Below, piece by piece: positions 27,777 to 37,082 of a DNA stretch of 64,000 nucleotides. How positions within the stretch are numbered: position 1 is the first letter of the stretch; each line of letters begins with the position of its first letter. Location of the stretch: positions 12,757 to 76,756 of IMG/VR virus record IMGVR_UViG_3300041405_000060; one strand, 5' to 3'. The notes below the pieces were generated by a model. It was not told where the DNA came from. It did no database searches and saw only the letters and a list, made by a program, of their open reading frames with translations. Both the position numbers and the translations under genes were made by a program. Origin of the DNA: a virus.

Positions 27777-27983
27777 ATGATGGTTGAAAGTAAATCGACA
27801 GACAAGCTGGCACTCCTGACCCAAACTGCACAGCGTGCTTTGGCGGCAGATCCTAAGCTTCTGGATAAGTTGCATTCGGTTTCAGTGAGCTGGTCTGAAG
27901 TAGGGGACGTAGCCGTTCCTAGCATCCGTATTGAATTTCACAAACCAACTCCTAGTCTTCCTACTGGTGGCATCGTAGGTTGA
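27777..27983 (+). CDS. Small hypothetical protein, paralogue B
   Basis: ST.KL.LLT..A.R....P...SWS.V..V.VPS.R..F shared with the previous ORF. Confidence 0.7.
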   Translation: MMVESKSTDKLALLTQTAQRALAADPKLLDKLHSVSVSWSEVGDVAVPSIRIEFHKPTPSLPTGGIVG

Positions 27984-28002
27984 TTTAAAACTTTTATACA
28001 GC

Positions 28003-28010
28003 TATATTAC
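28003..28010 (+). promoter_or_regulatory. Early promoter motif TATATTAC
   Basis: GATTTAAAACTTTTATACAGC-TATATTAC-TATCTTG. Confidence 0.75.
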
Positions 28011-28046
28011 TATCTTGAGTATAGCCCAGGAAAAGGATGCATCGTA

Positions 28047-28295
28047 GTGCTTGAGTTCTACAATTCGTTAGACACGATTTTCCAAGTCACCATCGTTGTG
28101 TGGCTTATCGCACTGTTCCTTAAATGGGGTGGTGGATTTGTGGTTGGTATTCTGACCCTGATTGTGGCATGCTTCAGTACGACCGCGGCAGTTATTGTCG
28201 CAGCTATTACTGGTGTATTTACGCTCGTATTGTACGCCACCCTAGCGGTGTGTACGATGTGGTCGATAGTAAAACTGTTCTTCATCCTAATCTAA
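28047..28295 (+). CDS. Small polytopic membrane protein
   Basis: 82 aa, almost entirely hydrophobic; RBS AAGGA. Confidence 0.65.
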   Translation: MLEFYNSLDTIFQVTIVVWLIALFLKWGGGFVVGILTLIVACFSTTAAVIVAAITGVFTLVLYATLAVCTMWSIVKLFFILI

Positions 28296-28305
28296 GGAAT
28301 TGATC

Positions 28306-28473
28306 ATGGCGACTATTCGTTTTGGCAAAGTCTCGTTTAACCCGAAAACCGGCAAAGTCAATATCGATCGTCGCACGATCAAGAAGACCGACCCAACCTG
28401 GCATCATCTGGCATATATCGCAATTGGTGTTGTAGCCACTGCGGTAGCTGTTGATTATCTGCGCAACAAATAA
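28306..28473 (+). CDS. 55-aa protein with C-terminal TM (absent from the ORF track)
   Basis: MATIRFGKVSFNPKTGKVNIDRRTIKKTDPTWHHLAYIAIGVVATAVAVDYLRNK; RBS TAAGGA. Confidence 0.65.
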   Translation: MATIRFGKVSFNPKTGKVNIDRRTIKKTDPTWHHLAYIAIGVVATAVAVDYLRNK

Positions 28474-28499
28474 CCAAAAAACATTTAGGAGTTAACCGC

Positions 28500-28664
28500 A
28501 TGAAACTTTCCACCGCTGCTGGTATCGCTGGTGTTGTCGCATTGGGCTACTTGGCTTATCGTTGCTTCTCCAATGATGATGTCGCTGTCGAAACCCCTGT
28601 GGATGCTGCACCGAAAGAACCGCTGCTGCTGCCTGCACCTGGTAACACGTCCCACGCAGAATGA
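28500..28664 (+). CDS. 54-aa protein with N-terminal TM (absent from the ORF track)
   Basis: MKLSTAAGIAGVVALGYLAYRCFSNDDVAVETPVDAAPKEPLLLPAPGNTSHAE; RBS AGGAG. Confidence 0.65.
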   Translation: MKLSTAAGIAGVVALGYLAYRCFSNDDVAVETPVDAAPKEPLLLPAPGNTSHAE

Positions 28665-28667
28665 CAT

Positions 28668-28717
28668 ACTGCCCCCTCTCCCGTAAAAAGGAGAGGGGGC
28701 AGTTGTATTTTCTTTTT
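28668..28717. terminator. Strong hairpin terminator between convergent genes
   Basis: ACTGCCCCCTCTCC-(loop)-GGAGAGGGGGCAGT followed by a T-rich tail. Confidence 0.8.
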
Positions 28718-29171
28718 ATTCGTCTGCAGCTTGAGCGTCACGAATGATCTTCATGCGCTCTTGGAACTGTTCTGATGTTTCGTTGACAACACCGATGTGA
28801 TCTTCACCAGTAGCATGTGTGAAATCACCCAAGTCTTCCAACTTAACGTCTGGTGCTCGACCAGCTGGAATCTCAGCTGCTTCTTGTGCCGTACGTTCGA
28901 ACGGGTTCTTGTTCTTAGCCAGGCGGATCATCTCAGCCATAGCACCCAACAGATCGCTGTTAGATTTGTTGCCTTCTTGCTCGATCTGATTACGTTTCGC
29001 TGCGATAGCGGTTTGCGTGTGATCTTTGGTAGCCTTGAGGATAATGTCAATATCATCTTTGTCGCATTCGGCTAGTCCCTTAGACATTTTGTCGATGACA
29101 ATACTTTCACGGATCTCTTGGCCCCAAGCCAACTGTTCGTCATAGGTCATTGCTTGAGCGGCGTGACTCAT
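28716..29171 (-). CDS. Hypothetical protein
   Basis: 151 aa, RBS AAGGA. Confidence 0.7.
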   Translation of the reverse strand: MSHAAQAMTYDEQLAWGQEIRESIVIDKMSKGLAECDKDDIDIILKATKDHTQTAIAAKRNQIEQEGNKSNSDLLGAMAEMIRLAKNKNPFERTAQEAAEIPAGRAPDVKLEDLGDFTHATGEDHIGVVNETSEQFQERMKIIRDAQAADE

Positions 29172-29253
29172 GTGATATTCCTTATTCTTTGCGAGTGAAC
29201 ATTTACTCGACAGGTTAACAATATACCGTAAACGGCATTCTGGAGTTCATAAG

Positions 29254-29802
29254 ATGTTCTCGTTGTTCATCAAGAAATACAAAGCTTGGCGACTTACGTC
29301 CAAGTTAGAAACATACGCAGAGATCCTCGAGGACATCGATGGGGCAAACTGCAAACCCGAAGAGTACCCCATCAAGCTCAAAGAATTCTGGCGGTTGTTT
29401 GATATGTCCTTACTGGATGACTTGGCCATTCGTGATGTGATGGGTCATAGTGGACAACTGCGGCATCGTAACTTCGCTCAATTGCATCAACTGCTGATGG
29501 ATGCAAACGATGCGATTGCTAATGAGCAAGACTCACGGATTGATTACGTCACTCGAACCGGCATGATGCACCAAGCCGAAGTAGAACTTGACAATTACTT
29601 CTTCGATCCCGTACATGGACACTTGAGCATCAAAGAGTGTTTGGAACAACTGCGTCAACTGCTACAAGCGCACTGTGGTATCCTGGAAACAATCGAGGGT
29701 ACTTATGGGCAAAGAAAGATGCTGCATGTGTACTTCGACATCTATACGTTGTCGGATCTGATTATTGATATCCTTCACGACAAAGGAGATGTTTTGTCCT
29801 GA
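29254..29802 (+). CDS. Hypothetical protein
   Basis: 182 aa, RBS GGAG. Confidence 0.7.
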   Translation: MFSLFIKKYKAWRLTSKLETYAEILEDIDGANCKPEEYPIKLKEFWRLFDMSLLDDLAIRDVMGHSGQLRHRNFAQLHQLLMDANDAIANEQDSRIDYVTRTGMMHQAEVELDNYFFDPVHGHLSIKECLEQLRQLLQAHCGILETIEGTYGQRKMLHVYFDIYTLSDLIIDILHDKGDVLS

Positions 29803-29860
29803 CAAAATGGTTTTAGCTCTATCAAACCCTTTTCAATATACACCGTAGGTGATATGCAAC

Positions 29861-30607
29861 ATGGAATCCGTAAAAGATCTACTGACCGATCCGCTTAAAG
29901 GTAAGAACCGCGCACAAGGTGTTCTCTGCTTTCTCTTTCGAGAAGTATTGCTTTGGCGTCGGGTGAATCAGATCGTTTGGAACAAGCGACTGACTGCGTA
30001 CTTTGAGAAACCCCATAACCAAGAGAAGCCAGACAAAGGGAACTTGAATAAAGCCCTTTTGAATGACGATCTGCCTTGGGGTGGGTTCAAGAAGGCGATG
30101 GACTTTCTGTCACCAATGGAAGCTAAGTTGGTGATGGACTATACCTGGCGGGACGGAAGTAGCACGTCGTACGAGATTGTGATTGATCCAGCTGCAGATG
30201 AGAAATTGCAGTATCGAGATATCTTCACGTACGGTGATTGTAGCGTATTCAGCAAAGCCAAAAAACCAGTTTCTACTCTGGCCTATTTGTTCCGACACAT
30301 CATCGCCAAAGAAGGCATTGATGAGATTCAGTGGGAACAACTGTTCCAAGAGTATTCAGACAACCCAGTTAATAATGTTGGTGTTAAGAAGTCGGAACTT
30401 AACTCTACAATCAGCATGATGAAACGAGCGCTTTTGGATGGAAAGCTTTCGTGGAACGTATTCCGGCGTGGCATCCTGTTGTTAAAACCACAAAAAGAAG
30501 TGTACACCCTGAAGTTGAAGTGGACAGATGATCCGCACTTGATCCTCAGTATGCCTGACGCTGAGTATTCTGCCACTATCGAAAATCCGTACAGTGAGAT
30601 CGCGTAA
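29861..30607 (+). CDS. Hypothetical protein with internal domain duplication
   Basis: Two copies of L..LFR.......W......Y...P.N......ALL...L.W..F......P. Confidence 0.7.
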   Translation: MESVKDLLTDPLKGKNRAQGVLCFLFREVLLWRRVNQIVWNKRLTAYFEKPHNQEKPDKGNLNKALLNDDLPWGGFKKAMDFLSPMEAKLVMDYTWRDGSSTSYEIVIDPAADEKLQYRDIFTYGDCSVFSKAKKPVSTLAYLFRHIIAKEGIDEIQWEQLFQEYSDNPVNNVGVKKSELNSTISMMKRALLDGKLSWNVFRRGILLLKPQKEVYTLKLKWTDDPHLILSMPDAEYSATIENPYSEIA

Positions 30608-30993
30608 TGCAAAAAGTTCTGAACCTGAGCACTATCAGCCGAGACAACCCATTCTCGATCGATAACCAAACCCCGAAACAAACAGCAACAGGTTTGAACT
30701 TCCGTACTTATCGCGGTTTGCGTATGTACTTGATTACTGGTTCTTCGGAGCCAGGTTGGCTGCGGGCTATCTACCCGCACGATTTCGATAAGCTACATGA
30801 GAAACAAGCTGCGTATGTCTTCGTGAAAGATTTGAAGGATATCATGAAAGGTGCATTGTTACGTGATATCTCGAAACGCCCTATGATCAAACTGGTCGCT
30901 AACCGAAAGACGGAAGTCCATATCGGTGAGAAAGCGAACTCGGCAGATCTAGAGTGGCTCGGTATTGTTCGCGAAGTAGTTGAATCGTTGTAA
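30607..30993 (+). CDS. Hypothetical protein
   Basis: 128 aa, TAATG-coupled to the upstream gene. Confidence 0.7.
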   Translation: MQKVLNLSTISRDNPFSIDNQTPKQTATGLNFRTYRGLRMYLITGSSEPGWLRAIYPHDFDKLHEKQAAYVFVKDLKDIMKGALLRDISKRPMIKLVANRKTEVHIGEKANSADLEWLGIVREVVESL

Positions 30994-31000
30994 ACACAGT

Positions 31001-31027
31001 GGCCTCCCTTCGGGGAGGCTGCTATGC
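31001..31027 (+). terminator. Hairpin, UUCG loop
   Basis: GGCCTCCC-TTCG-GGGAGGCT-GCTATGC. Confidence 0.7.
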
Positions 31028-31070
31028 CAAATCTTATGAACCACTATTTTTTTTTTCAAGGTAAGTAAAC

Positions 31071-32138
31071 ATGGCAGCTATCGCACTCCCGTCCTTTCTG
31101 GGTTCACCAGAAGACAAAACAAAAGTAGTAGATGCTTATGCTGAGACCAGTTCTGAACTGCGTACAGCTTTGTCGTCTAAGATTACATCCTTCTCTTCGG
31201 GCCTCGGTGGTATCTTTGATAAGACCGTAGGCATCGCTAAAGGTATCGGCGAGAAACTTCGTACAGATACTATCGATTTACCATCTGCCATCAAACGCGT
31301 TCAGGGAGCGCTCAAGGGCTCTCGTGCAGATATCCTTAAGATCGCCGGGTCCACTGAGAAACTCATCATGGGTGAGCTCACAGGGACCGACACGTCTACT
31401 AACTACGTAAAGACAGCAACAGATGTCGCTCGTGGCTTAGAATTGATGGTGGGTGACGGTAAGCAACTGATTGACTCGTTTAAGAATGGCGGGTATAACC
31501 AAGTTAGCGCGATGGTCGGTTTCATTTCTGACCTGACTAACAACCCTAACTTGAAACTGTTTGACTTAGGTGCTGAAGCGGCTATCCTCCGTGGTGTAGT
31601 GGACGAAGTATCGGCGTGGGGTGTTCCTTCACTTGTTGATACAATCATGAAGGATCAACCTGACCGTACTAAGTATACTGTTATCAAACGGTCAGCTGAA
31701 ACGATTTCTGCTTCTAGTTCTCTGGACGTGTTGTTAGCCTACGCTAACGTAAGCTCTAGTTTGAATACGGGTACACCGGAGAAACCGCTCTATCAAAACA
31801 TCGGGGCTAATGCACTCAACGCAAACACTCCAGACTTTGCTACACGTGTATTGTCTAACTTTGCATTTGTGGCTGGTATTACTGTTGCAGATTATCCATC
31901 ACAATTAGCTAAGCTTGTACAGCTAATGGATAAATTGAAACCTGATTGGTTCTGGACTACTCGGGGTAATGATCGAGTATGGAACCTAGGTACGATTGGA
32001 ACCGCTTCAGAGAACGCTGTGACGTTGTTCTTGTCTAGCCCTGAATACCGGGATGCTATCTTGACCGCACCGTACTACAGTCCTGCTCGTGTGCAAGAAC
32101 TCGTTAATACCATGTACCCCTTAACAACTACGGCCTAA
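31071..32138 (+). CDS. Virion structural protein (phiKZ gp174-like)
   Basis: 355 aa; upstream TATG; synteny next to the protease operon. Confidence 0.6.
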   Translation: MAAIALPSFLGSPEDKTKVVDAYAETSSELRTALSSKITSFSSGLGGIFDKTVGIAKGIGEKLRTDTIDLPSAIKRVQGALKGSRADILKIAGSTEKLIMGELTGTDTSTNYVKTATDVARGLELMVGDGKQLIDSFKNGGYNQVSAMVGFISDLTNNPNLKLFDLGAEAAILRGVVDEVSAWGVPSLVDTIMKDQPDRTKYTVIKRSAETISASSSLDVLLAYANVSSSLNTGTPEKPLYQNIGANALNANTPDFATRVLSNFAFVAGITVADYPSQLAKLVQLMDKLKPDWFWTTRGNDRVWNLGTIGTASENAVTLFLSSPEYRDAILTAPYYSPARVQELVNTMYPLTTTA

Positions 32139-32140
32139 CC

Positions 32141-32587
32141 ATGAAAGCAATCTTAATTACGGGTAATCCTAAGTATATCAACAATGAAATCGCTCGTAGT
32201 TATTATCGCGAGATTATTGAGTTCCTGCAAGATAACGGAGTAGCGGTTACTATTGATCCAGGTGCCGATTATACATGTCCTCCGAAAGCAGACTTCTATA
32301 TTGGTCATTCTAGAGGTGCAGGCCGTATTCGTTGTTTTGAACGTACCGATCAAGAGAAAGACTTCTTGATGTTCGGTGATCCAGATGGGTACATTCATCC
32401 AGTTGACCTAGCATGGCAACAAGCTAACCCGCCCGATCCTAAAAGATTCAATCCACCCCCTAAAGAACACTTTGAATTCTATACGGATCAAAAGCAAGCC
32501 ATCCTTAACAAGATCAGTGAAATTCGTGATCGTAGTAACTATACACGCCAGTCACCTGGCCGCGGTAGACCAACCCCACGCGGATAG
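32141..32587 (+). CDS. Small protein with GxSxG (GHSRG) motif, possible alpha/beta-hydrolase-like
   Basis: MKAILITG...ADFYIGHSRGAG...EH. Confidence 0.55.
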   Translation: MKAILITGNPKYINNEIARSYYREIIEFLQDNGVAVTIDPGADYTCPPKADFYIGHSRGAGRIRCFERTDQEKDFLMFGDPDGYIHPVDLAWQQANPPDPKRFNPPPKEHFEFYTDQKQAILNKISEIRDRSNYTRQSPGRGRPTPRG

Positions 32588-32611
32588 CCTACCTTCGGGT
32601 AGGCTTTATGC
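32586..32611 (+). terminator. Hairpin, UUCG loop
   Basis: AGCCTACC-TTCG-GGTAGGCT-TTATGC. Confidence 0.75.
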
Positions 32612-32633
32612 CGATTTAAACCTTTTAAAAGCC

Positions 32634-32641
32634 TATATTAC
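32634..32641 (+). promoter_or_regulatory. Early promoter motif TATATTAC
   Basis: GATTTAAACCTTTTAAAAGCC-TATATTAC-TAACTTG. Confidence 0.75.
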
Positions 32642-32675
32642 TAACTTGAATATAACCCATTATAAGGCTAACAAA

Positions 32676-33050
32676 ATGACTCCATTAGCATACAAACTAC
32701 TAGGTAAGCAATTTGATGCAATGGCTGAAGTCTACGGTAACTGGATTACTCCAGATGCCCATGAGTCAATCAGAAAAGACGGGGATATCACAACATCCCT
32801 GGTAAACCGTTATCCGGGCGACTACGCCTTGGAGTTCCAGGTAAAAGTTGGTGCTGGCCTTGGCGCAGTGAGATTTCTGGCGCTGTATAAAAACAGCGAG
32901 TATCTCAACAGCATCATTGAATCAACCGGTACTTTGGGATGCATGGAAATGCATATCGAAGCACTGGGTAAACTGACGGTGTTTGTGCATAAGTACTTGG
33001 AGCTGTATGCCAAGGAAAATGCATTCCCGGCAGAAAACGTAACGTATTAA
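32676..33050 (+). CDS. Hypothetical early protein
   Basis: ATG 32676 after TAAGG, downstream of the promoter. Confidence 0.65.
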   Translation: MTPLAYKLLGKQFDAMAEVYGNWITPDAHESIRKDGDITTSLVNRYPGDYALEFQVKVGAGLGAVRFLALYKNSEYLNSIIESTGTLGCMEMHIEALGKLTVFVHKYLELYAKENAFPAENVTY

Positions 33051-33113
33051 TTTCTCAATAGGGTTACCCGACTGGTTAACCCAAACCCTTAAAAGTGTAC
33101 ACGGAGTTTTTTA

Positions 33114-33377
33114 ATGAGTAACTTTGCAAAAGTAGCTGATGTCATTCACACCCTGATCCAAAAGCCACAAGCGGTAAATGGTTTCAATGTTGAACATGGC
33201 CTGAACCAAGTGTCCTACGATCCATCCACCCGGTTGTTTACTGTGGTGGATAAAGGCCGTAAGGTTCTGAGCTATGATGTTGAAACCCGCAAAGGTTCAA
33301 CTACTCTCAATAACTACGGCTGCGGTTTGGTAGCTGCTGTTATTGATGAAGCAGTGCACGACATGTTAGTAGCATGA
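33114..33377 (+). CDS. Hypothetical protein
   Basis: 87 aa, RBS GGAG. Confidence 0.7.
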   Translation: MSNFAKVADVIHTLIQKPQAVNGFNVEHGLNQVSYDPSTRLFTVVDKGRKVLSYDVETRKGSTTLNNYGCGLVAAVIDEAVHDMLVA

Positions 33378-33378
33378 C

Positions 33379-33425
33379 GGCATATTGGCTACCCTTCGGG
33401 GTAGCCTCAAATGCTATTTTTTTTT
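33379..33425. terminator. Hairpin terminator between convergent genes
   Basis: GGCATATT-GGCTACCC-TTCG-GGGTAGCC...TTTTTTTTT. Confidence 0.8.
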
Positions 33426-33426
33426 G

Positions 33427-34257
33427 TTACCGCATGTAGCTTGGACGGCGAACAGCAGGACGACGTTCCCAACCCAGATTACGGATCAGGTCAGATACAT
33501 CCATGTGGTCAGCAGATTCCAGACCTAAAGCTTTACGCTTCTCGGCTTCGTCTTGCATGCCCCACAAAGTAGTCGGGTTGATAACCATCTCGGTCTCTTG
33601 GAAGGATTCCAAAGCAGGCGAGTTATGTTTACCAGCCATGTAGATGCCACCTTCACCCACGAAGTCCCAAGTAGAGATCTCACGGGTATACTTGATGCCA
33701 CGCATTACGTCGTCTTGTGTGATCGAACGTACGGAGCAATAAGTATTGATGTGTGGGTTAGTGATCGAGTCTTCGAACACTTTGGCATACGGACCATGAG
33801 GACGAACCTCAGCGATAACCAGTTTGCATGGACGACCATTTTCGTCTTTACCGTCGATGATAGTCAGTGCACGGATATGAGCACAAACACGGTCATCATC
33901 GATCTTACGAATACGGTTGAGGTATTCACGGTCATCCATGTAACGTTTACATTTCTCACCGTCTTTCAGAACCCATTCCCAGGGCTCAGGATGTTTGAAC
34001 TCCATGTACAGTACTTGCTTGAGCAAGCGACGCATCAATGGAGAACCGGGTTCGAACATCGAAACACCGGAAGCGGCATCGTAAAACATACCGGCAGAGT
34101 TGTGAGTGCCATAAGCACCAACGCAGAGAGTGTAATACCCATCTGCATCAGGAGTCAGTACACCCTTCTTACCACCGGCAGTCAGAAGACTACCGCTAAT
34201 ACGAACTTGGTTACCGGCTTGCTTCTGGACACCAAAAAGATCGTGAGCAGCGCCCAT
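33427..34257 (-). CDS. Prohead (head maturation) serine protease (phiKZ gp175-like)
   Basis: E.KHP, RI..IDDDRVCAHI, YCSVRS and TWDFV (T4 gp21/S80-type pattern); C-terminal ALES/GLES self-cleavage-type sites; synteny. Confidence 0.85.
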   Translation of the reverse strand: MGAAHDLFGVQKQAGNQVRISGSLLTAGGKKGVLTPDADGYYTLCVGAYGTHNSAGMFYDAASGVSMFEPGSPLMRRLLKQVLYMEFKHPEPWEWVLKDGEKCKRYMDDREYLNRIRKIDDDRVCAHIRALTIIDGKDENGRPCKLVIAEVRPHGPYAKVFEDSITNPHINTYCSVRSITQDDVMRGIKYTREISTWDFVGEGGIYMAGKHNSPALESFQETEMVINPTTLWGMQDEAEKRKALGLESADHMDVSDLIRNLGWERRPAVRRPSYMR

Positions 34258-34268
34258 AGTGGTGTTCC

Positions 34269-34982
34269 TTATGTACGGAGGATTTCTTCAATCAGTTCTA
34301 CGGATTCGCTAGGGTTCACTACCGCTGTGTTAATAGCGTCAGGGAAATATGCACCGTTCAATCGGCTAGTAGTATCAGAGGTGTTCCAAACTACAGAGCG
34401 GAAAGGAATGACTTTCGGTGGATTAAGTACAACGTCATCATGCTTGTTCAAAATGTGACGGTACAGTCGAGTCAGATCATCTTTATCTCGAGCAGTCGTC
34501 GAGATAATAAGTTCCAGAATTGCACGAGAGCCCAGGTTAACACCAGCGTGATGATACGCGGTCTCAAACATCTTGGCCATGTCGTAGTAGTTCATATACC
34601 ATGGAATGTTTCCCTTCGCAACGAGTTCGTCGTAAAGGTAGTATGTCAGGGTATCGTTCACTACTAGGTGGTTGTTCACAAACACTACATCACCTGGTTC
34701 AAAAGAGAACTCAAAGTAATCAGTACCACGAACCGTGATCTTCTTAGTAGAACTAGGACGGATCTGCATCATTGCAATTGTGTTGTCGACACCGTAGTAT
34801 TCGTCGTTTACGATGATTGCATAGAAACCGACGATATAGACTTCAGAACCTAGGATCGCTAGGTCCTTATTCTGAAATCGGACGGGGACATGAATCTTCA
34901 TGGGAGCATCTGTTACGGTACTCCCATTTTCTTGACGATGAAGATGTTCGAATACACGCTTTGCATCACGTGTTAGTTCCAT
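34269..34982 (-). CDS. Virion RNA polymerase beta'-C-terminal-like subunit (phiKZ gp176-like)
   Basis: GVNLGSRAILELIISTTAR and SRLNGAYFPDAINTAV parallel RpoC GVKINDKHIEVIVRQM and SAASFQETTRVLTEAA; synteny. Confidence 0.65.
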   Translation of the reverse strand: MELTRDAKRVFEHLHRQENGSTVTDAPMKIHVPVRFQNKDLAILGSEVYIVGFYAIIVNDEYYGVDNTIAMMQIRPSSTKKITVRGTDYFEFSFEPGDVVFVNNHLVVNDTLTYYLYDELVAKGNIPWYMNYYDMAKMFETAYHHAGVNLGSRAILELIISTTARDKDDLTRLYRHILNKHDDVVLNPPKVIPFRSVVWNTSDTTSRLNGAYFPDAINTAVVNPSESVELIEEILRT

Positions 34983-34985
34983 CGG

Positions 34986-35213
34986 TTACCCCTTGATCTT
35001 TTTCTCAACACTTGCGAGATCAGCTTTGAATTTCTTCAAAGCCTTAGCGTTATCGTCTTCATCGGACAGATACCAGGATTCGCAAATGGTATCATAAATA
35101 CGTTCTAGCTTATCGTCACCCGCGGATAACTTGTTCAGTTCTTCCATGCGGGTAATCAATGGTTCCATCTCTTTTGGAAATGTAGTGGCTAGAATACGTA
35201 CACGGGTTGACAT
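34986..35213 (-). CDS. Hypothetical protein
   Basis: 75 aa, in the operon. Confidence 0.55.
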   Translation of the reverse strand: MSTRVRILATTFPKEMEPLITRMEELNKLSAGDDKLERIYDTICESWYLSDEDDNAKALKKFKADLASVEKKIKG

Positions 35214-35245
35214 GCAACCCGCTTTATGGATACGTTGATCAAGGG

Positions 35246-36874
35246 TTAGAACTTTCCCGAATGGGCTTCTGTGCTAACATCACCAGCTTCAGCGTCAGCT
35301 GCATCAAGAGCGTCAGCTTCGCCATTGCCTTCTTCTACCAAAGGACCTTCACCAGTGCTAGCGTCAGCAATTGCTTCTTCCGCTTCACCACCAGTAGGCT
35401 CTTCTAGAGGCTGTGCTGGAGCTTCCATTGCATCAGGCTTAAACCGGTCGACCATGATCTGCGAACCTGCCCAAACAGCGTACAGAGACAGCAGAGCTTG
35501 GGTAGACAGTTCACGACGAGAGACGTTAGGATCTTTCTGACCGAACTGATCCATCAAACACATGTATTCCCAGTAAGTAGATTCTGGGAAGTAGATCTGG
35601 CAGATCAAAGAACCGAACGACAGGAATTCGTTTTCCAATTGCTCTGGACGAACCTTACGGATAGCGTCAACAATCTTCTCACGCAGACCATCTACTTGCA
35701 TCTCAGCAAGCGTACCGGTTTGTGCTTGCTCATAGAAAGCTTCGATCATGTCTTTACGACGGGAACGCTCAGCATTATCAGCAGCAGCTTGTTGGATCAG
35801 TGGATAAACGTTTTGGAACTTCTGAATGAAGTAAGCTTTGCGTTCTTCCAGACGGGCCAGTGTTTGAGTACCTTCTGTTTCCAGAGCAGAACCCATGACA
35901 GCAGCCAGGTCACCTTTAGCAGCTTTCCATTGTGCTTCTACGTCACCGTTCAGCCATACAACCAGACGACGGTTCTCAACAGCATTAGCTGCTTCTGAAC
36001 GCAGGATGAATACACCGTTACGTTGATCTTCAGCACGACGCTGATAAGCACGCAGCAAATATGCACCCAGCATTTCGTGGAGCATCCGCATAACGTGTAC
36101 CCACTCTTCCAGACCAACCGATTCACCGATGACGTCTACCGGGTTCTCACCCAGATGACCACACAGGAAGTAAGCCAGTAGCAGCGCATCAACGTTGAAT
36201 GGAGCATTGGTGCCCACAACGAAAGACAGCTCACCAACAGTCAGAGCTTTGTTACGGTTAAACAGATCGGAGAACGTACGGGCAATTACTTCCGGTTCAA
36301 CTTTCAGCAACCACTCAGTAACTTGTTCACGCTCAGCATGTGGGTTGTTGATCGAGACCATTTCGATGATCTGTTCAACGCTAACAGCAGGCAGGATGAA
36401 AGTACGGTATTGCGGTTGTGGACTGACGTTGACGTAGTTCTGCAGATGAGAGGTCAGACGTGGTTCCGAGTGAACTGGGTCGTAACGGAAGAAGTCAGCA
36501 CGTACGTCAGCCGAGGTTGAAACTTTTTGACGCTCGTTGAAATCACGAACCATCGAATCAATACCTGGAACAACAACGTTGGCTACGTTGAACTGGATTT
36601 TACCCAGTGCAGCCGCAACCAAATCAACCATGCTGGTGTTGTCTTCTTCAACGGTAGGTAGTTGCTCTTCATTCATCTCTTCGAAGTGTTCTTCTACAGA
36701 GGCGGTGAGTTCTTCAGTAACAGGAGCAGCTGAAGGGGCTTCGTCTACAGCGTAGCCGCTAGCGAACTGAGCAATAGGAAACTCAGGATTCGTAACAACC
36801 AGCACTTGACTGCTTTCAGTCAGTTGCTGTGCAATCAGTTTTACCGACTGCACGGTAGTGGCGATATCAGACAT
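35246..36874 (-). CDS. Virion head protein (phiKZ gp177-like)
   Basis: 542 aa, acidic termini, RBS AAGGA, synteny. Confidence 0.65.
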   Translation of the reverse strand: MSDIATTVQSVKLIAQQLTESSQVLVVTNPEFPIAQFASGYAVDEAPSAAPVTEELTASVEEHFEEMNEEQLPTVEEDNTSMVDLVAAALGKIQFNVANVVVPGIDSMVRDFNERQKVSTSADVRADFFRYDPVHSEPRLTSHLQNYVNVSPQPQYRTFILPAVSVEQIIEMVSINNPHAEREQVTEWLLKVEPEVIARTFSDLFNRNKALTVGELSFVVGTNAPFNVDALLLAYFLCGHLGENPVDVIGESVGLEEWVHVMRMLHEMLGAYLLRAYQRRAEDQRNGVFILRSEAANAVENRRLVVWLNGDVEAQWKAAKGDLAAVMGSALETEGTQTLARLEERKAYFIQKFQNVYPLIQQAAADNAERSRRKDMIEAFYEQAQTGTLAEMQVDGLREKIVDAIRKVRPEQLENEFLSFGSLICQIYFPESTYWEYMCLMDQFGQKDPNVSRRELSTQALLSLYAVWAGSQIMVDRFKPDAMEAPAQPLEEPTGGEAEEAIADASTGEGPLVEEGNGEADALDAADAEAGDVSTEAHSGKF

Positions 36875-36884
36875 GATGTTTCCT

Positions 36885-37082
36885 TTAAATTGCGAGATGT
36901 TTAGCGATACGGGCAGCCAGGGCTTCCTGGATGTCTTGCTTGGTTAAGAATACCCCGTTAATAGTAGACGAAGTATGTTCACCGCCGAGGATCTTGAGGA
37001 TGGCCTCAGAACCCAATTCGACAGCGGCAGACAGAATCGAAAGATTCTGCCCGTGTGCGATGTTATTACTTAGATTTTGCAT
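36885..37082 (-). CDS. Small hypothetical protein of the vRNAP operon
   Basis: RBS GAGGA before ATG 37082; overlaps the 3' end of the beta gene. Confidence 0.6.
   Translation of the reverse strand: MQNLSNNIAHGQNLSILSAAVELGSEAILKILGGEHTSSTINGVFLTKQDIQEALAARIAKHLAI

Noticed and set aside
33061-33084. Small GGGTTA/TAACCC inverted repeat between early genes
   Set aside because: The stem is short and weak, with no second example.
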